NCBI GenBank assembly: GCA_902496015.1
Contig: CABUZJ010000005.1
Location: forward strand, 17,303 to 81,302
Reading direction: 5' to 3'
DNA: 64,000 nucleotides
DNA from: an uncultured Eubacteriales bacterium
GTDB taxonomy: Bacteria; Bacillota; Clostridia; Christensenellales; UBA1242
Below are positions 1 to 10,505 of the stretch, one piece after another. The notes beneath the pieces are model-generated. The model saw only the letters and a program-made list of their open reading frames with translations, ran no database searches and was not told the origin of the DNA. Position numbers and translations under genes: made by a program. The first letter of the stretch is position 1; each line of letters starts with the position of its first letter.

Positions 1-3000
1 GTTGCGTCTGGAAGTGATGGGCAAGTTGCAACTAAAACCATTGCTTATGATAGTGAATTTGGAACTTTACCAACACCAATAAAAACAGTTACAGGCAAAA
101 ATGTTGTGTTTGTTGGGTGGTTTAAAGAGCAAACTTTTGAAAATCAAGTTAATTCTTCAACTAAATTCGATGTTGATAGCGATATTACCCTTTATGCACA
201 ATATATTGAAGAAGAATATTCTTACACATTAAACATTAATCCAAATGGTGGTAAATATAATGGTAACTCTGGCATTACCCAAGTTGGTTATCATTATGAC
301 GACACATTAGAGGCTCTTGCAACTGAGGCTGTTCGTGAAGGATACATTTTTACAGGTTGGTGGGATAATTCAAACGGCACTGGCACTAAATATGACAGCA
401 CAAGCACAATGCCAGATAAAGAATTAAATGTTTTTGCTGGTTGGACTGCAATAACCTATTATGTAAATTACAACAAAGTTAATGATAATGCTACGGGTTC
501 AACTGCACAAAGCACTCATGTTTATGATACTGCTAGTAATCTTTCACCAAATGGATTTACTTTAATAGGCTATACTTTTGCAGGTTGGGCAATTAGCAAC
601 GAAAATGCACTTTTAGGGATTATTGAATACACTGATGGGGAAAGTGTTTTAAATCTTGCTAATACACAAGATGCACAAGTAGAGTTATTTGCAGTTTATA
701 GTTCTAATATTTACACTTTATGGTTTAATAATAATTATGGCGATGGTTATAATAATGGTCAATTAGATAAAACAAGTATTCAAGTAAATTATGGTGAAGC
801 ATTGCCAGACTTAGCAGTATTTACTTCGCTACCAACAAAATTAGGATACAATTTAACATTCGATGGTTGGTTTGCAGAGGAAAATAAAACTAATAAAATA
901 GAAGCGGGCATGGTGTTTACTGATGAATTGGTAACAAACATAGACCATGAAACTCGCCAGGCAAATATTTATGCTGGGTGGAGTGAAGAGGCTTTACCAT
1001 TTGGATTAACCCTTAATGCAAATGGTGGGCAATTTGAAGAACTTACAAATTGGGTTCTTTCTCCAGATAAAACTACTGCCACTAACACCACAACAATTTT
1101 CTATGGTGAACTTATTGGGGCATTGCCTTCTGTTAGCAAAACTGTGGTTGGTTATGATGTTAACCTTGCTGGCTGGTTTATTGATTTTAACGGAAATGGT
1201 GCACAAGACGCAGGCGAGACCTTTACAAATGATGCATTAATGGCAACAAGGTTTAATTGGACAACTGCCTTAACTGCACAAGCCATTTGGACAGAAACTC
1301 CAAGAGCAGATACACCTTTTGTGGTTTATCATTATTTACAAAACCTAGATGGTAGTTACAGTTTGCATCAAACTCAAATGCAACAGGGTGTGACAGGGGC
1401 AACTTTAATACTTTCTAACTTTGCGTTAACTGATAGTGATTATGTTCTTTCGGGTGGTAAATTTATTTATTCTTATGGTGCGCTTAGCGAAAATGGTGCA
1501 CAAGTTACTCAAACAACAATTAGTGCCGTTAATGCTGATGCAACTGAAACAACAGATGGTATTACAAAACTTTATTTATATTACAGCAGACAAACGCATG
1601 AGTTAGTGTTACAACTTACCACTGGAATAGATAGGATTACAACTAATCCAAGTGCAACTAAGCAAAATAATTATTACACAATAACATTAAAATATGAACA
1701 GACAATCGATATTGAAGCAGTTGCTGTTCAGGGTTACACATTTACAAATTGGCAACTTGTTAGCGGAAACATTAATTTTAATGCTAATCTTGCAAGCCAA
1801 ACATTAACAATGGGCACTACTGATGCAACACTTAAAGCAAATGCCCAAGCAAGTGAATTTACACTTACTCTTTATGCTAATGGTGGAGCGATAACAGAAA
1901 ATGCAGGTGTTTGGACGGGTTCAGGAAATGTGGTTACTAAAACAATAAAATATGGTAGCCAAATTGGCACATTGCCAAGTGAATCAGCAGGAACAATTTC
2001 TCGCACAGGGAAAACACTTTCAGGCTGGACAACATCTGCTGATGGTGGTGGCACGGCTTACACTGAAAGTTCAACTATGCCAGCCCAAAATTTAGCACTT
2101 TATGCAATTTGGGAAGACATTGAATATACTATTACTTTAAATAAAACAAGTGAACATTACTCTAACATAACTGCGTCGGGTGCAGAAGTTAATGGCAATA
2201 GAACTGCTTTAACTGTAAAATATGGTTCAAGTGTTACCCTTAATATCACACTTGTAGAAGGTGTGTGGATTAGTGCTACATCATTTAACAACCCATTAAT
2301 TACCGACTTAAATTATAATTCTGCTGGTAGAAATGTAACTGTTACATTCACATATTCATTAACAAGCAATTCAACATTAACTTTAACTACCCAAATGGTA
2401 AGTTATAATATTGTTTATATTGGTAATGGTGGATTACTTAATGGCAGTGCTAAGGTAGAACAAACTGGCATTATTTATAACAACACCATAACCATTAATT
2501 CAAGAATAACATCTAAAACTTATGCTAACCATACCTTTACTAATTGGCAGGTATCTTATAATGGTGAAAGTGGAACTTATACTGAATACACTGGTTCAAA
2601 CCTACCAAAACCACAAGTTAGTGGAGTGGAAGATATAAGTAAACTTAACAACACCACAGTTTATTTAAAAGCAATATGGCGAGTTAATGAATATACTATT
2701 AATTTTGCAATTCCAGAAGAAGATGAAAATGGAAATACTATTGGCAGAGAAATAGCAACGCTTTCTAATTTATCAAGTAAAGTTGCCTATGGAAATTCAT
2801 ATAAATTAATTGATTTAACTAAAATAACCTTATATGGTTCTAATAACGCAAAATACACCATGAAGGGTTGGAAAGTTTATGTTTCAAATAATTTAATTGA
2901 AAATGCTTACCTTGATGAAAATCCAGACTTTACTGCTGGTGGCACACAAAGCAATACTCTTACATTAAACTTTAATTCAAATGATGCATGGTTTAATTAT

Positions 3001-6000
3001 TTATCTCTTGAAGATGGTGATGTTATAACTATTGAAGCAGATATAGTTATAACCGAAGTTACGGTTACACTGAACTTAGTGTTTGAAGGTATTGCAAATT
3101 TACAAAACAGCACATTGTCCACAGAACTTGACTATTGGGAAAAAGCAATGCAATTATCTGGCGAGACATTTAGTGTGCAGGTTGAAAAAACTGTTAGACA
3201 GTTAGTTGAAGATTATATTGCAAGTGTTGGTTCAAAAATGTTCACAGTCACCGGCAATTTAGGTGAAGAACAAATTTCATTTGCTGGATTTAAACTAGAT
3301 ACAAAGAGAACATTAGGACTTGATAATATTATAAGTTACACTGGTGATGAACAACAGTTTACGGTTTACTTTACAAGAAATATTTATGATATTGTAATTA
3401 CCACATTTAGTGATAAATACACTCATGTGGGCGCAACTGCAAAATTATATAATAATGAGAGTGGATTTGTAAGTCTTTTATTGCCAAGCACCTACACTGG
3501 AAGTGATTTGATTTGTCTTGCACCTGTTTCTATTGCGGATAATACTTTGGTATTTGAAATGTCTTATAATTCAGGTTTGAATTTAACTTCAAATAACTTC
3601 ACAAGAACAGGATTTAACTTTAAAACATTTAGTGTTGCAGGACAAGAATCAAATGCCGTAGACTTTACAATTGATGAGAATTTTATAAATAATAATTTCT
3701 CAACAATAACCACACTAAATATCGAAATAGAATGGACAATAATTCCAATAACAATAACCTTTGAAGAAGTAGACGGAACATTTGCAAGTTCTAATGCAGA
3801 CCCTAATAGCAGTTCACTTTCTGGTTTTGCAAGCACTGGAACAGCCAATGTGTTATATAATGAAGAAAAAGACCTATATTACAATAGGTCAACAGGTAAA
3901 TTTTATAGAATAATTCCTAAGGGCACCAGAGTGGGTGGCATTAACTCATTCATGCCAACACCAATAAGAGACTATAACGGAGATTTCCGTGGCTGGTTCT
4001 TAGGAAGCATTGAAAGTGTGCCAATAACTGAAAATGGTGCAGCACTAGATACATCTAAAATTTTTAATATTTATGACATTCAATTAAATGATAGTTTAAG
4101 TATGGGAGACCCTGATTATGTTCAATATGCTTTAAATGCAGGAGAATATACAAGTCAGGAAATGGTAATTACTGGGGACTCATATGGTGTATCTGAAGGT
4201 TCAGATACTACACAAACTGAAGATTATGTTTATCGCAAAACTGAAGGTTATAGTGAAGATTATTTATTTGCTGATAGCAGATTAGAGATGTTTATGTTTA
4301 CCACAGCAGGAAAAGTTGACGCAACAGTTAGTGCAACTATTTCTGCTTGGGGTATGACAACAGTTGAACAATTCAATAATTATTATGACTTTAATGGAAA
4401 CTCATTTAGTGCATCTATCATGGTTTACTTATATAAGAAAACTAGCACTGGTTGGGAAATAATGGGAGATATACAAGATGGTTTTATATCTCCATCAGCA
4501 AGTGCAGATGCATATGTTAGTTCAATAACTGCAAATGTTAAAGATACATCAACACTAAGTATTCCAGAAGCAGGAACTTATGTAATTTGGGCACAAGCAT
4601 CTGCTGCTGGACCTTATCAATTAGCAACAGCAGGAGTGTCTTTACCAGCTTCTGCTGAAAAAGTTACAATGGTTGAGCAATGTGTGCCATCTTCAAGTCA
4701 AATAATGTCTTATACCAAAGCAACGGACAATACTACTTTATATGGAGCTTATAAAACACCAATAATATTTAATGCTAATCCTAATGGTTTAAGTTTACCA
4801 GATTTTAGAGCAACAAGCGGGGATTATCAATTTGATAGCGATTATAAGTGCGTTGAACTTGTTAATTCGGGTTCATATATACCAAATATAAGTGTTACAG
4901 CGCGTGGATTTGCTTTCCTTGGTTGGTTCACAAAACCTAATGGTGAAGGGACGAAACTTACAAGCACAACTAAAGCCTTATATAGTGAAGTAAATTACTA
5001 TGGGCATTGGCAACAAGCAATAATTGTTGAATTTTGGGCTGACGGAACAAGTGCTGTTTCGGGGCAAAATAACAGCGTTTCAGTTAGCGATATGAATTTA
5101 GGGGCAAATTATACTTTATCGGTTCAAACTACTGGCGGATACATAAGAACTCCTGCATTATCTAACTTTAATAGATTGGGTTATGTTGCAAGCGGATGGG
5201 TTATGCGAACAAGTTCAGGAGCTGAAAAAACAGTATCTTCAACTTCTCAAACATATATTAACCCAACTGAATTAGCCGATTATATGGAAGGTGATGTGCT
5301 TAAAATTTGGCTTAAATGGACAGCATCAAATGATTTTGTTACTACAACCTTTGTTCAACCTAATGCAAATGGTAACTTTACAACTCTTGTTACTTATACA
5401 ATTAATAATGGAGATACTTTTGCATTAGCACAAACCTATTCTAATGTGAGAACGGCTATAACATTCCCACAAACACCAGATATTGAAACTATTACAAATG
5501 GTAATTATAGATTAAGGGCTAACAGCAGTGTTTGGGTAACAAGCAGTTATATTTGTTCTTCAGTTGACGATTTAGATGCAAGCACACGAACAGACTTTAA
5601 CATAAACACAAGTGTTACTAGTAGTGGTAGAGTTTATCTAAATGCAGTAGGAAATTACACTATTCATTTTATTCAAAATAGTAGTTTATCAGATAACACT
5701 GAAATTTTGATATTAGATAATGTTTACCAAGGTTTATCTATAACATTGCCTACTAATTTAAGCAATTATGGTTATAGATATGTTGGGTGGAATAGTGTTA
5801 GACAAGATTTAATTAGTGGAGCAACAAAACCATCAAGTAAAGCACAAATTATTTATCAAGGTAATTATAATTCAATAAATAAAACTTGGACTCCAACCGA
5901 GTCGCAGTTATCTAGTTTTGCAAATGAAAGTCATGAAATTTACCTTTATGCAGTATGGGGCAAGTTATATAACCTTGTGTTTACTGCTTCAAATGGAACT

Positions 6001-7761
6001 ATTAGCGGTTCAAATGTGGTTACAAGTGTGTGCCACGGAGATACGCAAGGAAATGGTGGATTTACTGCACCAAGTATTTCAAGACCAGGGCAATATGATA
6101 ATACTTGGGTTTATTCTAAAAACACTAATGTTGCTTTAAGTTCAGTAGATACTTCTTATGTTGAAAGTGATAACCTTACAATTAATATTGAGGATAAATG
6201 GCAAGCATATTTTCTTGCAACATATTATAAGTGGAGTGATTCAACTAATGATTATACAGTTTGGGAAATAGTTAAATTTTACGAGCAAACTTATCATTAT
6301 GTAAAAGATGGTTCAAGTTTAACAAGAAAAGGTACTAATGGTGTTTATCCTGATGTTCAAGCATCTTGTGTTGGCTGGGATACTAGTTCAAGTGGTTCAA
6401 ATGTTGTATATGAATTTGGTGACACAGTGCGTAATAATAATTATAATTTCTATGCAGTGTATATGAACGATATTAGAGTGTCATTTGTATATTCAACTTC
6501 TTCTGGCACTTCAACTTATGCAACAAGATTTGCAAAACCAAACACAACATTAAATGAAAGTGCATCTTATGGTGGAGATTATGGCATGCCAAGCGGGGGA
6601 CCAGTTGTTGAAGGTTACAACTTTTTAGGCTGGACAACTAAATTTATGGGCCAAGGTTCACCAAACTTTAATGGTAGCACAGTTATTACTTCTAGCATGG
6701 TATCAAGCGGACACATTCAAGTTTGGGCAGTGCTTGAAATAAAAACATATACTGTTAATATAAATCGAAATAATGGTGATAAATTCTTGGCTGATATTAA
6801 CGGCAGTGAATTAAATTCCATTTCTTTAAACCATGGTGATGGATTTACTATTGAAATTAGTTTATTTAATGACCCTAATTATTATATTTCTGTTACAGGC
6901 TCTAATTGTTCAATTTCACCTTCTAATATTTATTACACTGATTCTAATAGGAGTGTGTCAGTAACTAATGTAACTAGTAATACTACAATTTCAATTACAG
7001 CAAGAACAGCAACATATAATTACAATATCTTTACATCAAATGCTAATTTAAAAGGTAGTTATTCAGGAACAATAACATCTAATGATTTTCCTACAACTTC
7101 AATTTCAGTTACTAATTATGAATGGTCGGGCGTTTTAGGCAATACTCATTTATTCACAGTAAGCGGAAAATATTTTGGCTCAGATGCTTACTTTAATGTT
7201 TCAGGTATGTCTAACACGGGTGCATCACTTTATAGTATTAGAGGAAGATATTCAATATCATATAATGGATTAGAAGGGAATATAAGCGGTGTGGCAGTTA
7301 GTAGCACAAATGCAAGTTTTGTTGTTCAGTCTGGAGGTAAATATACTAATTATTCAACACTTCAAGAAGCATATAATGCAGTAGGCTCTTCTGCAACTAT
7401 AATGGCTTATCAAAGTGGAACTGTTAGCATCGGTAACGGGTCTATAAGCATTTCTGCAAAAGCAGTAGATGGCAGTGGTTCAATGGCATTTAATGTATCT
7501 ATGAGTCTTGGCGGTTCTGTAAATATAAGTAAAGATGCTACTACTCAAGTGGGGGTTACTGTTAGCGGATTAACTGTTTCGGGTGTTGGGCAAAGGATAA
7601 GCATTTATGGTGCGAACACAATTAGTATACAAAGCCCAATTGGTAGTCCGGGTAGTGAATTCTATTTGTATTACACTAGTGGGGCAAGTGTTTCAATAGG
7701 TAGTGGATGGACTAAAGTAAGCGACAGCGGTGGAACAGCAAGATTTAGATATGGTAATTAA
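1..7761 (+). CDS. Giant surface/secreted repeat protein with its N-terminus outside the window (2586 codons visible). Stacked Listeria-Bacteroides (InlB B-repeat / Flg_new-like) modules plus non-repeat central and beta-rich C-terminal regions
   Basis: Frame 1 is open from nt 1; the ORF track's GTG at 106 is internal. Stop at 7759-7761. Modules of about 70-80 aa recur, ending ...GYxFxGW(F/W/T)...(L/I)YAxW. No LPXTG and no C-terminal TM. A hairpin terminator follows directly. Confidence 0.85.
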   Translation, partial: VASGSDGQVATKTIAYDSEFGTLPTPIKTVTGKNVVFVGWFKEQTFENQVNSSTKFDVDSDITLYAQYIEEEYSYTLNINPNGGKYNGNSGITQVGYHYDDTLEALATEAVREGYIFTGWWDNSNGTGTKYDSTSTMPDKELNVFAGWTAITYYVNYNKVNDNATGSTAQSTHVYDTASNLSPNGFTLIGYTFAGWAISNENALLGIIEYTDGESVLNLANTQDAQVELFAVYSSNIYTLWFNNNYGDGYNNGQLDKTSIQVNYGEALPDLAVFTSLPTKLGYNLTFDGWFAEENKTNKIEAGMVFTDELVTNIDHETRQANIYAGWSEEALPFGLTLNANGGQFEELTNWVLSPDKTTATNTTTIFYGELIGALPSVSKTVVGYDVNLAGWFIDFNGNGAQDAGETFTNDALMATRFNWTTALTAQAIWTETPRADTPFVVYHYLQNLDGSYSLHQTQMQQGVTGATLILSNFALTDSDYVLSGGKFIYSYGALSENGAQVTQTTISAVNADATETTDGITKLYLYYSRQTHELVLQLTTGIDRITTNPSATKQNNYYTITLKYEQTIDIEAVAVQGYTFTNWQLVSGNINFNANLASQTLTMGTTDATLKANAQASEFTLTLYANGGAITENAGVWTGSGNVVTKTIKYGSQIGTLPSESAGTISRTGKTLSGWTTSADGGGTAYTESSTMPAQNLALYAIWEDIEYTITLNKTSEHYSNITASGAEVNGNRTALTVKYGSSVTLNITLVEGVWISATSFNNPLITDLNYNSAGRNVTVTFTYSLTSNSTLTLTTQMVSYNIVYIGNGGLLNGSAKVEQTGIIYNNTITINSRITSKTYANHTFTNWQVSYNGESGTYTEYTGSNLPKPQVSGVEDISKLNNTTVYLKAIWRVNEYTINFAIPEEDENGNTIGREIATLSNLSSKVAYGNSYKLIDLTKITLYGSNNAKYTMKGWKVYVSNNLIENAYLDENPDFTAGGTQSNTLTLNFNSNDAWFNYLSLEDGDVITIEADIVITEVTVTLNLVFEGIANLQNSTLSTELDYWEKAMQLSGETFSVQVEKTVRQLVEDYIASVGSKMFTVTGNLGEEQISFAGFKLDTKRTLGLDNIISYTGDEQQFTVYFTRNIYDIVITTFSDKYTHVGATAKLYNNESGFVSLLLPSTYTGSDLICLAPVSIADNTLVFEMSYNSGLNLTSNNFTRTGFNFKTFSVAGQESNAVDFTIDENFINNNFSTITTLNIEIEWTIIPITITFEEVDGTFASSNADPNSSSLSGFASTGTANVLYNEEKDLYYNRSTGKFYRIIPKGTRVGGINSFMPTPIRDYNGDFRGWFLGSIESVPITENGAALDTSKIFNIYDIQLNDSLSMGDPDYVQYALNAGEYTSQEMVITGDSYGVSEGSDTTQTEDYVYRKTEGYSEDYLFADSRLEMFMFTTAGKVDATVSATISAWGMTTVEQFNNYYDFNGNSFSASIMVYLYKKTSTGWEIMGDIQDGFISPSASADAYVSSITANVKDTSTLSIPEAGTYVIWAQASAAGPYQLATAGVSLPASAEKVTMVEQCVPSSSQIMSYTKATDNTTLYGAYKTPIIFNANPNGLSLPDFRATSGDYQFDSDYKCVELVNSGSYIPNISVTARGFAFLGWFTKPNGEGTKLTSTTKALYSEVNYYGHWQQAIIVEFWADGTSAVSGQNNSVSVSDMNLGANYTLSVQTTGGYIRTPALSNFNRLGYVASGWVMRTSSGAEKTVSSTSQTYINPTELADYMEGDVLKIWLKWTASNDFVTTTFVQPNANGNFTTLVTYTINNGDTFALAQTYSNVRTAITFPQTPDIETITNGNYRLRANSSVWVTSSYICSSVDDLDASTRTDFNINTSVTSSGRVYLNAVGNYTIHFIQNSSLSDNTEILILDNVYQGLSITLPTNLSNYGYRYVGWNSVRQDLISGATKPSSKAQIIYQGNYNSINKTWTPTESQLSSFANESHEIYLYAVWGKLYNLVFTASNGTISGSNVVTSVCHGDTQGNGGFTAPSISRPGQYDNTWVYSKNTNVALSSVDTSYVESDNLTINIEDKWQAYFLATYYKWSDSTNDYTVWEIVKFYEQTYHYVKDGSSLTRKGTNGVYPDVQASCVGWDTSSSGSNVVYEFGDTVRNNNYNFYAVYMNDIRVSFVYSTSSGTSTYATRFAKPNTTLNESASYGGDYGMPSGGPVVEGYNFLGWTTKFMGQGSPNFNGSTVITSSMVSSGHIQVWAVLEIKTYTVNINRNNGDKFLADINGSELNSISLNHGDGFTIEISLFNDPNYYISVTGSNCSISPSNIYYTDSNRSVSVTNVTSNTTISITARTATYNYNIFTSNANLKGSYSGTITSNDFPTTSISVTNYEWSGVLGNTHLFTVSGKYFGSDAYFNVSGMSNTGASLYSIRGRYSISYNGLEGNISGVAVSSTNASFVVQSGGKYTNYSTLQEAYNAVGSSATIMAYQSGTVSIGNGSISISAKAVDGSGSMAFNVSMSLGGSVNISKDATTQVGVTVSGLTVSGVGQRISIYGANTISIQSPIGSPGSEFYLYYTSGASVSIGSGWTKVSDSGGTARFRYGN

Positions 7762-7790
7762 AAGCAACCAAAAGGTTGCTTTTAATTTTG
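7760..7790 (+). terminator. Rho-independent terminator of the giant ORF
   Basis: AAAAGCAACC-aaaa-GGTTGCTTTT followed by T-rich tract. Confidence 0.75.
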
Positions 7791-7917
7791 TTTTTTTATT
7801 TTGTGTGTGATGTAGATAATATAATTTTATTGCGCTGTATAATATTTTAAAAAATATTATTTTAAATTTATTATAAAAAACATTAAATGGATTTCCAACA
7901 TTAAAATTAATTAGTAA

Positions 7918-7946
7918 ATAAAAAAACCGCTAAAATAGCGGTTTAA
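7918..7946 (-). terminator. Rho-independent terminator of the lipoprotein gene (minus strand)
   Basis: AAACCGCTA-aaa-TAGCGGTTT, with an A-run on the plus strand that is a U-run on the minus transcript. Confidence 0.75.
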
Positions 7947-7957
7947 TTTTTAATAAA

Positions 7958-9307
7958 CTATTGCTCTAATTCGTTAGATGGTTGTTTAATATAAACATTG
8001 GTGTTGTTTTCGTCCATAAGGGTCATAACTTTTTTTGCATCTTCATAGTTATTAACATTGTTTGCATCTTTAATAACAAGGTCTCTATCGTAAGGTATAT
8101 ATAATTCAAAGTTATAATTATTAACTAAGTTTTGAACTGTTGAATAAAATTCTTCGGTAAAGGCTTCGCCCCCACAAATTATGCCATACCACCAGCCTTC
8201 GACACCAGAATCCCCTTTAGAATCTATATCTTGTTGCAATAATTCATAAGGGTCGAAATATGCATGGTCTAATGCCAAGGCTTTCATTTTGTCATACATT
8301 TCTTGTGGAATGCTTGCTGATCTGTTACAAGAAGTGGTTATTAACTTTTTATCCCCCGTTTCTGGGTTATATGCAAGGCTTACAAAATTAAAACTAAAAT
8401 ATGCGTCGATTCCCCATGGTTGTTTACAAAAATAAGTTGATATTGTTGGAGTATGATAAATAAAATAATCATAACCATTTTCTCTTAAATCGGCAGTCGT
8501 TTGAGTGCTACTTCTTAATCCTTCAACAGTTGTTATAATTTCATAGCCATCGTTTAAATATTGTTGAATGAAATCTTGGTTATAATAATCGTTCAAAAGG
8601 TCTTCGGTTAAAACCATGTTCATTAATCTATCGGTAATAACGCTTTGCCTAGTGGTAACATCGTCTTGTTCGGTTGCCTGTTCGCCTGTTGCTTCAATTT
8701 CTTCTAACTTTTCTTCGGTGGCAGTGTTTACTGCGGTTGCAAGCGTAACATAATCTACTTCTTCTTGATTTGCAAGGCTTGCAACTTCTGCATTATTAAC
8801 AACATAACTAATTGTGTTTGTTATTGTGCTTTTTTCGGCAGTTTGTTTGTTAATAACATCTGCATCATAAGTAATTGTTACTTTTGCTAAATTACTTGGT
8901 GCATAATCTGTGCTAACATCTTCTTCTGCGTTATATGCTTCTATTGCAATGTTTGTTATGGTTAGTCTTTCAACTAAATGATCAAAATTATTGCCATAAT
9001 ATTTATTTTCGTTAATCATTTTTTTAATTGTTGAATTTAACTGATTATTTGCTTCAATCATTTCTGGTTCAACAACATTTTGGTTATAAACTGGTTTAAT
9101 ATCTTCAATATCTTCAATTGTAACTTTATCTGTTACTATTGGTTGTGTTGCTATTGGTTCTGTGGTTTCTGTAATGCTTGAACTTGTTGAGTTTAATGTG
9201 CTTTCTTCTGGTGGAACATAAGTGCAACTTGTTCCAAGGGCAATAACTGCCACAGCAAGGGCACCTGCACTTGCCCTTTTAAATTTTTTTATTATTTCTT
9301 TATCCAT
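7958..9307 (-). CDS. Orphan lipoprotein (449 aa)
   Basis: N-terminal signal peptide with lipobox ...VIALGTS|C. AGGAGGG RBS. No family recognised. Confidence 0.7.
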   Translation of the reverse strand: MDKEIIKKFKRASAGALAVAVIALGTSCTYVPPEESTLNSTSSSITETTEPIATQPIVTDKVTIEDIEDIKPVYNQNVVEPEMIEANNQLNSTIKKMINENKYYGNNFDHLVERLTITNIAIEAYNAEEDVSTDYAPSNLAKVTITYDADVINKQTAEKSTITNTISYVVNNAEVASLANQEEVDYVTLATAVNTATEEKLEEIEATGEQATEQDDVTTRQSVITDRLMNMVLTEDLLNDYYNQDFIQQYLNDGYEIITTVEGLRSSTQTTADLRENGYDYFIYHTPTISTYFCKQPWGIDAYFSFNFVSLAYNPETGDKKLITTSCNRSASIPQEMYDKMKALALDHAYFDPYELLQQDIDSKGDSGVEGWWYGIICGGEAFTEEFYSTVQNLVNNYNFELYIPYDRDLVIKDANNVNNYEDAKKVMTLMDENNTNVYIKQPSNELEQ

Positions 9308-9484
9308 TTAAACAACCCTCCTAAATTTAATGAATAAACATAAAAATCATAACTAGTAATAATAGTTTAACACCTAATGCAAAATTTGTCAATATAAGAA
9401 ATTTAAAACTTTTTGGTTTCAATTTATAATAAACATATATCGACTTTATTTGCTTAATAAATAAAAAATATAAATTTTATAAAA

Positions 9485-9513
9485 TTGACAATTGGTCTTT
9501 TTTATATTAAAAT
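9485..9513 (+). promoter_or_regulatory. sigma70-type promoter (TTGACA-17-TAAAAT), about 150 nt upstream of the 9670 ORF
   Basis: Hexamers and 17-nt spacer read directly from sequence. Confidence 0.5.
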
Positions 9514-9669
9514 TTAACTAGAAATAAAAACTTTTGCTACTTTTGTATTAAAATATTTAATTAGCAATTTTGTAGTTCAAATAAAAATTTACTTAATATG
9601 TAAAAACATTTTATTCTGCATGCTTTTTAAACTATATGTATTTTATGTTGAGGCTGTTTAGGAGAATTT

Positions 9670-10299
9670 ATGAAAATTGTTGATTGGGAAAAGAAAGTTT
9701 CTAAAAATTATAGTTTTATTAAAACGAAGAATATTGAAGATTTAGAAAAATGCATTAAAGATTATGATAAAAGCCAAGCAAGGGTTTTTTGTGCGTTACA
9801 GCAAGAAGATTTAATATTTTATTTATTAACAAATGACAATATTCATTATGCTGGCATGGGGTATATTTGTGGGGATAGTTTTAAGGTTATAGATTTGGTT
9901 TCTAATTATTTAAGAACGATGGAAAAGTATGAACCAATTTTGTTAGCAGATTTTGTAGCCTTTTGTGAAAATTCGGGGTTTAAAAAATTGAATTATGAAG
10001 AACTTACAGACGAGCAAAAAAAATTAATTAATAAGCAATTAGAATTTTCTGTTGAATTTGTTAGTGAAGGTGCTGTTTTAAACGAAGATTTTTATGCGTT
10101 ATATATTTTTAATAATTTAGAAGAAGAAAAAGAATATTTAACAAATACGGGATATTGTAAAAATTTTGTTATAATAGGTTCTGCAGACGGGGTGAATATT
10201 TGCTCTTACTTTATTATGGATAATGGAAGACTTAAAAAAGATGGTCTTAATAAATTTATAAAAACTGTTTATATTAAAGATTTAGATAAAACTATATAA
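9670..10299 (+). CDS. Hypothetical cytoplasmic protein (209 aa)
   Basis: ORF with AGGAG RBS. No signal peptide and no recognised motif. Very weak resemblance of the C-terminal half to SMI1/KNR4 (SUKH)-type proteins. Confidence 0.55.
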   Translation: MKIVDWEKKVSKNYSFIKTKNIEDLEKCIKDYDKSQARVFCALQQEDLIFYLLTNDNIHYAGMGYICGDSFKVIDLVSNYLRTMEKYEPILLADFVAFCENSGFKKLNYEELTDEQKKLINKQLEFSVEFVSEGAVLNEDFYALYIFNNLEEEKEYLTNTGYCKNFVIIGSADGVNICSYFIMDNGRLKKDGLNKFIKTVYIKDLDKTI

Positions 10300-10457
10300 A
10301 AAGTTTAATTTTTATGCAAATTATACAAAAATTTTTATTTATAATGGTTTGATTTTATTATTCTAAAAATATAATAATTTGTGCTTTTGTTAGGCTTTTT
10401 CTAGCATTAATCATGCTTGTTTTTTTAAATTTAATTTTGTTCAAAATTATACAAAAA

Positions 10458-10505
10458 ACACAATATATTCTGTTTGCTAAATTTGTTTGACACTATATAT
10501 TGTGT
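10458..10505. promoter_or_regulatory. Two NrdR boxes (ACACAATATATTCTGT at 10458-10473; ACACTATATATTGTGT at 10490-10505), 32 bp start-to-start
   Basis: Both match the 16-bp palindromic NrdR box consensus acaCwAtATaTwGtgt. Box 2 overlaps the -35 and spacer of the nrdD promoter. Confidence 0.8.

Noticed and set aside
10316-10458. Direct repeat CAAA(A)TTATACAAAAA at about 10317 and about 10442, flanking the 9670-ORF/nrdD spacer
   Set aside because: It is a short, low-complexity A/T string that could occur by chance in this composition. It has no associated structure or coding feature.
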